Of a stretch of 34,925 bases of DNA, positions 15,096-23,009 are shown one piece after another. The notes beneath the pieces are model-generated. The model ran no database searches, had not been told where the DNA came from, and saw only the letters and a list, made by a program, of their open reading frames with translations. Numbering within the stretch: position 1 is the stretch's first letter; the number at the start of each line of letters is the position of its first letter. Source of the DNA: a virus (lineage: Duplodnaviria > Caudoviricetes); the IMG/VR virus record IMGVR_UViG_3300033489_000035, positions 1 through 34,925 of that record; one strand, given 5' to 3'. The translations under genes and the position numbers were made by a program.

Positions 15096-15350
15096 TCAGC
15101 TCCTCGGTATACCGGATTCAGGATCAGGCGGGGTCGAAACGACATTGAGTTTCCCCTGGTCACCGGCCACCGCTCCCGCGAGAAGGCCCGTACCGAGCCC
15201 GGCCAGTGCTCCGAACACGACGAGATCCCTTGTGACTACGAGATACACTACGGCGGTAATGATGACCGGGATCCCGAGAATGCGCTTCTCATCCAGACCC
15301 CCTCCCTGATCGAGGAACATATCCCCGAGCTTCTTGAAGAATTCTTTCAT
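15096..15350 (-). CDS. putative holin (2 TM)
   Basis: ILGIPVIITAVVYLVV and LVVFGALAGLGTGLLAGAV; GGGAG RBS; lies directly after the endolysin. Confidence 0.65.
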   Translation of the reverse strand: MKEFFKKLGDMFLDQGGGLDEKRILGIPVIITAVVYLVVTRDLVVFGALAGLGTGLLAGAVAGDQGKLNVVSTPPDPESGIPRS

Positions 15351-15361
15351 ATTTCCTCCCT

Positions 15362-15781
15362 TTACCATTTCTTCGGAATCCGCAGAGTCTCCTCTGCATC
15401 GATCCATGCCCTGATCTGAAAATGAATATGCGGCCGAGGTTTGTCTACCGGGAGTCCCGCTAAGATCCCGAGAACCTGCCCTATGACTACCTCCTGTCCC
15501 TTGGTGACTATTACTTTATCCAGGTGGGAGTACGTCGCCATAGTACTTTCATCACTATTGAGAACTTCGACCGTCATTCCCCCTGGGGGGGCAGACTGAT
15601 AGATATTCCCTATCTTCCCCGGAAAACAACACAACGCCTCATCGCCAACCTTACCGCATATATCAAGCCCAAGGTGATGCGGACGAGCGGCGCTACGGAA
15701 GGTATCCCACTGCGTAAGATTGCCATGAAGCAGTGGATAGATGAAGTCGATTCCGAGAATCCAATCTCTAAAAGGTTTCAT
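15362..15781 (-). CDS. M23 family metallopeptidase, endolysin
   Basis: HLGLD (HxxxD), YSHL and PHIHF (HxH). Confidence 0.9.
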   Translation of the reverse strand: MKPFRDWILGIDFIYPLLHGNLTQWDTFRSAARPHHLGLDICGKVGDEALCCFPGKIGNIYQSAPPGGMTVEVLNSDESTMATYSHLDKVIVTKGQEVVIGQVLGILAGLPVDKPRPHIHFQIRAWIDAEETLRIPKKW

Positions 15782-16128
15782 TTTGGCCCTAATCTTTCCA
15801 ATATCAGCGCAACGACGCTGATCAATGTCCCGACGCCCACGAAAAAGAGCATGAACTTGTCTCGATAACTCATCTTTCGACGCTCTCCATGCTCCACCGC
15901 TTCTTTCTGCTTCGCTTCAAGGTCTTCAACATACGCGCAATGCCCTTTATCATGATCGTCTCTCGTGAGAAGAACAGGCAACTTTTCAAATATTTCCTGG
16001 ACCTTTGCGGAAGTGACTTTCGACATCTCGGCTATTTCATTTACCTGTGCGCTCAAACCGTTGTGAAATGAAAACCAGAGCGCACTCAGGGTCTCACGGG
16101 TTGTTTTTGGCATTGCGGGTATTCCCAT
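15778..16128 (-). CDS. C-terminally anchored membrane protein, holin/antiholin-like
   Basis: AAGGAG RBS before ATG 16128; C-terminal FMLFFVGVGTLISVVALIL; ATGA overlap with the endolysin. Confidence 0.55.
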   Translation of the reverse strand: MGIPAMPKTTRETLSALWFSFHNGLSAQVNEIAEMSKVTSAKVQEIFEKLPVLLTRDDHDKGHCAYVEDLEAKQKEAVEHGERRKMSYRDKFMLFFVGVGTLISVVALILERLGPK

Positions 16129-16531
16129 TGCTTTGCTCCTTCTGTTCAAGTTTCCTTGCGTTGATCTCATCCACGATCTTTCGATATTCTTTATATTCAT
16201 CAGGGAGCTGCTTCCCTTCGGAAAGAGCGAGAATCGCCGAATTCATAAGCCTTAGCTCATCTTCGTGTGTGAAAAGTCGATTTATTTCTTCACGTTTCTT
16301 TTTCTTTTGTTTTGCGTCCTCTTCCTCTGCCGTGAGTGATTGTATAACCTCATAGATCCGAAGAGGATTTTCGCTATCAATTACCCAGCGAAGCTTTCCA
16401 TTCTCATCCGCTAAAGGTTCTATTGGAGGATTCGAATAAAAACCATCTTCGCTCAATTGATATCCGGAAATATATATCAGAGTATTTATTTCTACGGTCA
16501 TATAGAAATATTTTGCTTTATATTTCTTCAT
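16094..16531 (-). CDS. putative tail fibre assembly / chaperone protein
   Basis: Coupled to the tail tip gene; acidic/basic helical C-terminus (EYKEYRK); AT-rich like the adhesin C-terminus. Confidence 0.5.
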   Translation of the reverse strand: MKKYKAKYFYMTVEINTLIYISGYQLSEDGFYSNPPIEPLADENGKLRWVIDSENPLRIYEVIQSLTAEEEDAKQKKKKREEINRLFTHEDELRLMNSAILALSEGKQLPDEYKEYRKIVDEINARKLEQKEQSNGNTRNAKNNP

Positions 16532-19500
16532 GTTAATAATCCAGCGAGTTCTATATAAAGAGCACTACTCGCACTTCCAAGACTAAAATCGACCCAAATT
16601 GAAATATAAGGAACGCCAGCAACCCAAAATACTGGAACAAATATCGTACCTGATTGACAAGACCAAACAGTGCTCGAACCAAAAGATTCCGTTTGATAGA
16701 AACAGTGTTTATATCTTGCTCTTTTGGCGGATGAATCGTTATAATTTATTAGTGATTCAATTACCCAAATATTATTGGCATAATTCACATCATAAATCCA
16801 TGATTCAATATATAAAAGAGCACCTTTTATATTCTTGGCTGAACCTATCATCGAAGAAAGGCTAATGTTTTTAATTCCGGTCCCGGACGCATTTGTATAT
16901 GAACCTACTAAACCCGGATAATTCAAATCATAAACATGACCAAAATATTTCTGATTCACCATAAGAATTGAATCTTGAATATCATGAATAATTGAACCGT
17001 TCCCGTCTCTCGCGAGCATCCCATCCGAATTTGAAATATTGATTTGCCTATTGTATTTATCTGTTATTATGAGCGAAGTATTATGAAGTCGTATCCCGTC
17101 CCTATTTATTCTTACCGATCTTTCCTCATTCGCCAACTCGTTCGGATCGAACCATGGCCTATCGACTGCATAATGCCCTGTCGCAGTATCCTTCGTGTCA
17201 TAAATCAGGAGATCGGTTATATCGCCATCCCATTCGTAGGTCGCCGGGGTCGTCGCCTTTGGGATCCCTCCAATATTAAGGATTTGCGAGAAGGTTATTG
17301 TATTCAGAGCAGTGGCGCTCGTGGTATTCACATCGAAATAAGCACTTTTCAAAAGAAGCGCATAGGAATCAGTTGTTGTGTTCCAAAATACCTTGAACCA
17401 AGTCCACTGGCGCAGATTCGCGTTTTTCGCGTCATCATCGGCTCCACCGATCACCCCGGATTGCAGGGTGATTGTCGTTGCGCCGTCCGTGATAATAAAA
17501 GTGAACTTATCATCGGCCGCCTGGTAGAATAATCTGATTTTTACATTCGCGCCTGAGTGATCAGAGAAAATATATTTATCGGTCGCCACATCATAGGTGA
17601 ATCCCGGCCTGAACCATCCCTCGATTGCGCCGAGCTGTGCCCATGCATAGTAATACCAGAGAGATGATGCAAGCACGCGACCCTGCGGAGTGTATGGCGT
17701 AGTATATTTTCCTGTCTCAAATTGCGAATTAAGAACATAGCAGCTATATGCCGCGCCAGCTCCGCCGGCATCTATATCATGATTGCTCAAATAAACTGCT
17801 GCGCGGAGCGAACATATTTTTGAAAACTCTATTTGATTCAATCCGGCAACAAGAGAATGCGATTTGCATGCTCCCTCCGAATTTGAACGCATTTTTACTA
17901 GATCTATATAACAATATTCATTCAGTGCAGCTGCGGACGCGAGTTGGATGCCAAAATATATGCCCGTTGCCCCGGCCCTCAGTGCTCTAGTGACCGTGAC
18001 TTTCTGCCATGCATCATATGTATTTACTGCCGCCTGCGTCGTCGCTTGCCATGCACCTAAATAATCTTGTATTTCTATTAGAACTTCAGTACCAAGGATT
18101 CCGCTCGCCGCGGGTATATATAATTCAAATTCAAGAGTATAAGTCTGTCCATCGATCAAACCGTGCTTATCTGCGAAATTAACCGCATCGCAGAATCCAT
18201 AGTATCCCGTTGATCCCGCTGCTACTGTTTTCGTCACCAGACCAGAGTATGTATTTTCATATGCCTGCACATTACTGCGCGCATATGAAGCGTTTCCTGA
18301 ATAGTTTGCTGTTTCACCGAAGATTATGGGTGCTCCGACGCTTTCACAATCGCCACGATCAAGTAGTTCGTCATCAACTTTCGAATACAGTGTCTGTGCA
18401 CCCGCACTATAAATGAGGGCTGAGAATATGTATTGCGCTGAATTGCCTAAACCGATAGCTCTCTTTTGAACATATTCTTTGTATTTTCCAGCATCGGCCG
18501 CAAAAGTCAGTTTTGTACATTGCTTTTCGACTTCGAGCAAATATTCCAGCGCGGGATTCGTCGCCATCCGCTCGACAGCGTAATCCGTCCAGTCTTCAGG
18601 GTAAGTGAGAAGCTGAGTCGCCGCTTTCCAGAATCCCACCGTCCCTCGGCCCGTCCAGTTCAGGTTTACATTGTCCTCCTGCCCAATCTTCGCAGGCCTG
18701 AAGCATGTGAGGAATCCGGGCTCCGGCTTCCTTCCAGAATGAGATTGACAATCGGGCTGAGATAAATCGAAAAGCTCGGCAGAAGCCGGAAGCTCATCAT
18801 CGGGGCCATATACATCATTCCCCGAACGCATGTGCTCAGTACCTATGACATTCGTGTCTATGAGGAGAGGATTATCGATCGATGCCGGAGGAACTACTTC
18901 GGGAGGGACGGTCGGGGTATCATGAACAACACCGCCTGCACCCGTTGCATTATAATCCACCCGCTCGACGAGGGTGAGCCGTGTTTGGGTCTTTGTGTGA
19001 GGTCCTCGGCTCGTATGAGAATATTCTTCGATGAAACAATCGAGTTCCACATCCGCATTCGGATGAAAATGGATGACAGCCCCTGTCTGTACATGAGGTG
19101 TGAAATCAGCGAGCACCTCGAAGCGTTTTCTCGCAGCCTTGCCAAAATCCACCCAGCGGCGGACGGTCACCTTTGCTTGCGTCGATGAGGTTGCATATTT
19201 TCCGGGGAGTTCCCTTTCTACTTCCTCCCATTCGTTCACAACCGCGGCATCGACGTGCTCGACCTTGATCATCGCCTTTTCACGCACGGGAGTCCCGCGG
19301 ACCTGGAAACCGACTATGGTAATATCGGAACCGGTATTATTTCTGAGGATGATCTCGGAGCTGTCGACATTTTGCATCGTGTCGCCAGTGGATCCGTTGA
19401 AAGAAATAAGGGTGAGGAGTCCTCCGCTGCACTGGATATCAGATCCACTCCCAACGTTTCCGATAGTCGGTTCTATGATATTGATTCCGATCGGGTATTT

Positions 19501-20466
19501 TTCCTGCCCATATCCATAATTCAGCCGGCCGACGGCCAGAGAATCAGTTTCTCCAGGCCAATACTCGCCCGCGGCTACGACGATTGCGTTTTGGAGTAGC
19601 GTTTCATCCCAGTCGTCATAATTCTTATATATGATGCCCCCCGCCGGCAGAACCTGGTATTGCATGAATTCAGTTTTTGCTTTATTACAGATTACCTCTC
19701 CGCCGATTGCATTCCATTCATGGACATTCGTATGGTCGAAAGTGTACTCGGGAACGAGGGCCGCCCATTCCACCGCCGTCCAGACGATCAGCCGGAGCTT
19801 CCCGTCGTAGCGATATCCGAGATATACCCCATGCTGGATTGCCAGGTCCTGCAGCTCAGCAAACGCAGACGCTCTGCCATCAAGGCCTACATAGTCTTTT
19901 GTTTGGAGAATATCGATGAACTCAAGATCTCCGACGACGTGGCCCATCTGCGTTGCCAGGTGATGGGCGATCGAGGCCGCCGGAGTTCCGGTGTCGCAGA
20001 TTTTATAATTGAGCAGAGCCTGGTTTTTTACCTTTTTTTTGAGGCCCCGGTAGGCTGCGGGATCCTGCGCCGTGATCGTGAGCTTGTCGTGCGTCAGATT
20101 CCTTTTTTCCCGTTGACATCCCCGATCGCTGACATAGCCGGTGAAAATCTGAATATATCCGGATGCCCCGATCTTGACTGAGATTTTTATCTGGCACCGC
20201 GCAAGATCCCCCTCAGAGTGGATCTTTGGGCTGTTCTTTATCCTGAATGATGCGTTTGCCGCCTCGCAGGGCTTGAATATTGATGAGCTCGCGCCCCTTA
20301 TTTCGACCTGGTTGTTTTCCAGATATGACGTGTAATCATCGAAACCCAGCCCGTCGGGATCAATCTCAATCTTCCAGTGGATGTCCCCGGTCTCCAGTGC
20401 AGTCCGGGCGGTGAGTTCGGCAAGGAAAGCTGCGTCTATCGGGATTAGAAGGTCAGGAGCCGGCAT
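16528..20466 (-). CDS. tail tip/hub protein fused to carbohydrate-binding and LamG-like adhesin domains
   Basis: Follows the tape measure. N-terminal ~500 aa is hub-like (IFTGYV, GYRYDGKL); then CBM-like (QFETGKYTTPY) and LamG-like (GAIEGWFRP...WDGDITDLLIYD) domains. Confidence 0.8.
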   Translation of the reverse strand: MPAPDLLIPIDAAFLAELTARTALETGDIHWKIEIDPDGLGFDDYTSYLENNQVEIRGASSSIFKPCEAANASFRIKNSPKIHSEGDLARCQIKISVKIGASGYIQIFTGYVSDRGCQREKRNLTHDKLTITAQDPAAYRGLKKKVKNQALLNYKICDTGTPAASIAHHLATQMGHVVGDLEFIDILQTKDYVGLDGRASAFAELQDLAIQHGVYLGYRYDGKLRLIVWTAVEWAALVPEYTFDHTNVHEWNAIGGEVICNKAKTEFMQYQVLPAGGIIYKNYDDWDETLLQNAIVVAAGEYWPGETDSLAVGRLNYGYGQEKYPIGINIIEPTIGNVGSGSDIQCSGGLLTLISFNGSTGDTMQNVDSSEIILRNNTGSDITIVGFQVRGTPVREKAMIKVEHVDAAVVNEWEEVERELPGKYATSSTQAKVTVRRWVDFGKAARKRFEVLADFTPHVQTGAVIHFHPNADVELDCFIEEYSHTSRGPHTKTQTRLTLVERVDYNATGAGGVVHDTPTVPPEVVPPASIDNPLLIDTNVIGTEHMRSGNDVYGPDDELPASAELFDLSQPDCQSHSGRKPEPGFLTCFRPAKIGQEDNVNLNWTGRGTVGFWKAATQLLTYPEDWTDYAVERMATNPALEYLLEVEKQCTKLTFAADAGKYKEYVQKRAIGLGNSAQYIFSALIYSAGAQTLYSKVDDELLDRGDCESVGAPIIFGETANYSGNASYARSNVQAYENTYSGLVTKTVAAGSTGYYGFCDAVNFADKHGLIDGQTYTLEFELYIPAASGILGTEVLIEIQDYLGAWQATTQAAVNTYDAWQKVTVTRALRAGATGIYFGIQLASAAALNEYCYIDLVKMRSNSEGACKSHSLVAGLNQIEFSKICSLRAAVYLSNHDIDAGGAGAAYSCYVLNSQFETGKYTTPYTPQGRVLASSLWYYYAWAQLGAIEGWFRPGFTYDVATDKYIFSDHSGANVKIRLFYQAADDKFTFIITDGATTITLQSGVIGGADDDAKNANLRQWTWFKVFWNTTTDSYALLLKSAYFDVNTTSATALNTITFSQILNIGGIPKATTPATYEWDGDITDLLIYDTKDTATGHYAVDRPWFDPNELANEERSVRINRDGIRLHNTSLIITDKYNRQINISNSDGMLARDGNGSIIHDIQDSILMVNQKYFGHVYDLNYPGLVGSYTNASGTGIKNISLSSMIGSAKNIKGALLYIESWIYDVNYANNIWVIESLINYNDSSAKRARYKHCFYQTESFGSSTVWSCQSGTIFVPVFWVAGVPYISIWVDFSLGSASSALYIELAGLLT

Positions 20467-20627
20467 ATTACCCTCAGCCCCTTCCTGAATCAGGCCAAGA
20501 AGGTACCTGCGGGTACCTGTGGCGCGTCATACTCCCAAGGCCCGCTGTTCGATGCGCCAGGCACCCCGAAGGCTCATTCTTGCTCTTTCTTTCATATTGT
20601 CTATTTTGGTTGATATGCCTCATATCA
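20467..20627. ncRNA. candidate structured RNA between tape measure and tail tip genes
   Basis: Multiple stems: 20501-20507/20512-20518, 20520-20528/20551-20559, 20511-20519/20558-20566, 20496-20501/20577-20582 and 20611-20617/20621-20627. Confidence 0.35.
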
Positions 20628-22244
20628 GTTTTGTAGGAACTCCACCCGGGCACCGGTCCCCAGATAGGCTTTGATCGCGTCCACCATCTGCCGGCCTACC
20701 TCCACGGGTCCTCCGGCGCCGATGACGTTCCCCTCCACGGTGATATAAACGTAGATATCCGGCACCTGCTGGACCGTCGTCGAGGATCCATACCCCCCGC
20801 CTGCCTCCTCGCCGAGATACCCCGCCCCGGTCGTCGTCAGCCCCTCGAGGGAGATCGCCTGCAGATGATTGCTCCCCAACGGTGTTTCCGCCATGTGCCC
20901 GAGATTGACGGCTCCAAAAGTGACGAATTTGATCACGTCGGAAACCGCATTCGCGAAGGCGATGAAAATATTCCCGACGACCGTGAACATATCGATGATG
21001 AAGTTTCCAACCGGGAGGATCACGCTGTTGTAGAACCAGACGAAACTCTCCGCGAGCATCTGTACCACGGGCGCCAGGATGTTGAGCACCGGGACCAGGA
21101 GCTGCCCTATTGTCATTCCCATCGTGTAGAGGATCCCGATGAGTGGAGATAGGATCTGGTCCGCGACGGGTGCAATGATTTTGATGAATCCATCTGCAAT
21201 CACGCGGGTCCAGTTTATCAGAGCATTTATAGACCGGATCTCCGTAGCAAGCTGCGTCAGGCCCGCCAAGAGCCCGGCCTGCGGATCCTCTGCGGCAGCG
21301 CTATACTGCTGTCCGCCACCGCCTTCCGCCGGGGGTTCTGTGGTGGCGGGAGGAATGCTTTCTACTACTTCCTCGACAACCGTATTCAGATTAGCTCGCA
21401 GCAGGGCAATTCCTTGCTCCATGGCCTGCTCGCGCGTTATCATTTCATGCGCGGCCAACCATTCAAGATGTTTTTCCCAGATTTCGGCATTCTTCGCAGC
21501 CTCAACTCCTGAGCTTTTCATTTCTTCATCCTTTTTTATTGTTTGATTCAGTTTTTCGATTTCGTCATTCAGTTCCTGTATTCTTTGATTCGCTTCTTCC
21601 TGAAGTCTTTTTGTTTCATCGTATGTTTCTTGAGCCGCGGTAATACGCCGTTCTTCCCCTCCCTTCTGGAGAGTGCTGAGGATCTTGCCTTGTGGTCCGA
21701 GCAGTTGTGTATATCTGGCGAGATCAACTTTCGCGTCGTCCAGGTCTTTCTTGAGGTCCTCAATTTGTTTTTTTGCATAATCGGCAGCCGAGAGCAATAC
21801 TTTGTTACGATAATCGGCGGTGGCCGCCTGCATGCGTTTGAGTTCTTCGGCCTTCGCCTTGAATTGCGTTATCCCGTCGATCACATCGATCAGGATCGCC
21901 CGGAACGGAGATAAAACAGCACTGACAATCCCGCCAGCGGCTGCTTTTATTGAGGTCCATGCTTCGCCGAATTCTTTCGCCGAACCTCTCGCACGCTCCA
22001 TCTCCGGATTGAGCTTGATAAAAGCAGCTTCGCAATCTGCCAGGCTTTTGACGATCTCGCGCGCGCCCATGACAAGTCCGCCACCCGTGAGAAGCATTCG
22101 CGCGGTCTGGGAGAAATCATTCATCGGCTGAGTAGCCGCCTTGACTTTATTTTTCAGACCTTCAATCCCGCCAGCGGCATCCCGCGCAGCCTTGGAGACA
22201 CTTTCCGAGCCTTTTATGTGAAGGGATGTGCTAGCGCCTGCCAT
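20625..22244 (-). CDS. tape measure protein (short, 539 aa)
   Basis: Position after the tail chaperones; Ala-rich helical/coiled-coil with an amphipathic C-terminal region ending IYVYITVEGNVIG. Confidence 0.8.
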   Translation of the reverse strand: MAGASTSLHIKGSESVSKAARDAAGGIEGLKNKVKAATQPMNDFSQTARMLLTGGGLVMGAREIVKSLADCEAAFIKLNPEMERARGSAKEFGEAWTSIKAAAGGIVSAVLSPFRAILIDVIDGITQFKAKAEELKRMQAATADYRNKVLLSAADYAKKQIEDLKKDLDDAKVDLARYTQLLGPQGKILSTLQKGGEERRITAAQETYDETKRLQEEANQRIQELNDEIEKLNQTIKKDEEMKSSGVEAAKNAEIWEKHLEWLAAHEMITREQAMEQGIALLRANLNTVVEEVVESIPPATTEPPAEGGGGQQYSAAAEDPQAGLLAGLTQLATEIRSINALINWTRVIADGFIKIIAPVADQILSPLIGILYTMGMTIGQLLVPVLNILAPVVQMLAESFVWFYNSVILPVGNFIIDMFTVVGNIFIAFANAVSDVIKFVTFGAVNLGHMAETPLGSNHLQAISLEGLTTTGAGYLGEEAGGGYGSSTTVQQVPDIYVYITVEGNVIGAGGPVEVGRQMVDAIKAYLGTGARVEFLQN

Positions 22245-22533
22245 TTCTGAACCCCTCCCGGTTCTTCGCGTTCATGAGCTCCACCCAGCGCCTGCGAATA
22301 ACCCTGAGCACGCTCATATCAAAAGCCGGCTGATCGCGGAGCGCGCCCATTTCAGGGAGATGCCGGAAAGCGCCGTCCGCGTCCATCATGTCAATACACT
22401 CCGTTATCCACGGACCCCATCGCTCTATGAGTCCTGCTGGATCCCTTCCGTCGGGGAGCGGGCTTCCGGGATCGAACTGTGTTCCTTGGAAGAGCCATTC
22501 GGTGACATCGGAGATGTCGGTCCGCTCCCCTTT
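22231..22533 (-). CDS. -1 frameshift extension of the tail assembly chaperone (gpT-like; not in ORF track)
   Basis: Open -1 frame from the slippery site A AAG GGG (22533-22527) to TAG at 22231: KGERTDISDVTEWLF...LPEMGALRDQPAFDM...NGRR. Confidence 0.7.
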   Translation of the reverse strand, partial: KGERTDISDVTEWLFQGTQFDPGSPLPDGRDPAGLIERWGPWITECIDMMDADGAFRHLPEMGALRDQPAFDMSVLRVIRRRWVELMNAKNREGFRNGRR

Positions 22534-23009
22534 CGTAAACTTGCATTGAAATCCTGCACGATCAGGAATATTTCCTCGGCCAGCGGAGCGGCATCCTCGA
22601 GAATCTCCTTCACCGTCTTGGGATCGAGAAGTTTCCCATCATGGATAAGCTTTCCATTATCATCCATGAGATTGTGGCCTCCGATTCCGTGCAGCATGAC
22701 GATTTCATACATCTTCGCCCGATGCTCTTTGTCATGCTGAGGGATGATCCGCATGAGATCGAGCGGATCCATTTCCTTGATCACGTCATCGAGGTTCTTT
22801 CCCTCGGCCTCATTTTGCTTGACGAACTCGCGGAACTTTTTCGTTTTCTCGATATCTCCGGTCAGATATATCGAGCGCGAAATCTCCGCGAGCTCGTCAG
22901 CAGCCTGTACGCCCAGCTTTTTTGGGATAATCCAGAACTCCCCTCCGAGCGTCTTGAGGGGAGTCTCGGATCCGAACATCAACCGGCGGGAGACCTCCTT
23001 CCAGCCCAT
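22425..23009 (-). CDS. tail assembly chaperone (gpG-like)
   Basis: Between tail tube and tape measure; has a low-complexity tail after the slippery site. Confidence 0.75.
   Translation of the reverse strand: MGWKEVSRRLMFGSETPLKTLGGEFWIIPKKLGVQAADELAEISRSIYLTGDIEKTKKFREFVKQNEAEGKNLDDVIKEMDPLDLMRIIPQHDKEHRAKMYEIVMLHGIGGHNLMDDNGKLIHDGKLLDPKTVKEILEDAAPLAEEIFLIVQDFNASLRKGSGPTSPMSPNGSSKEHSSIPEARSPTEGIQQDS

Noticed and set aside
16528-17100. Diversity-generating retroelement target at the adhesin C-terminus
   Set aside because: No reverse transcriptase and no template-repeat copy seen in the window; cannot be excluded outside it.
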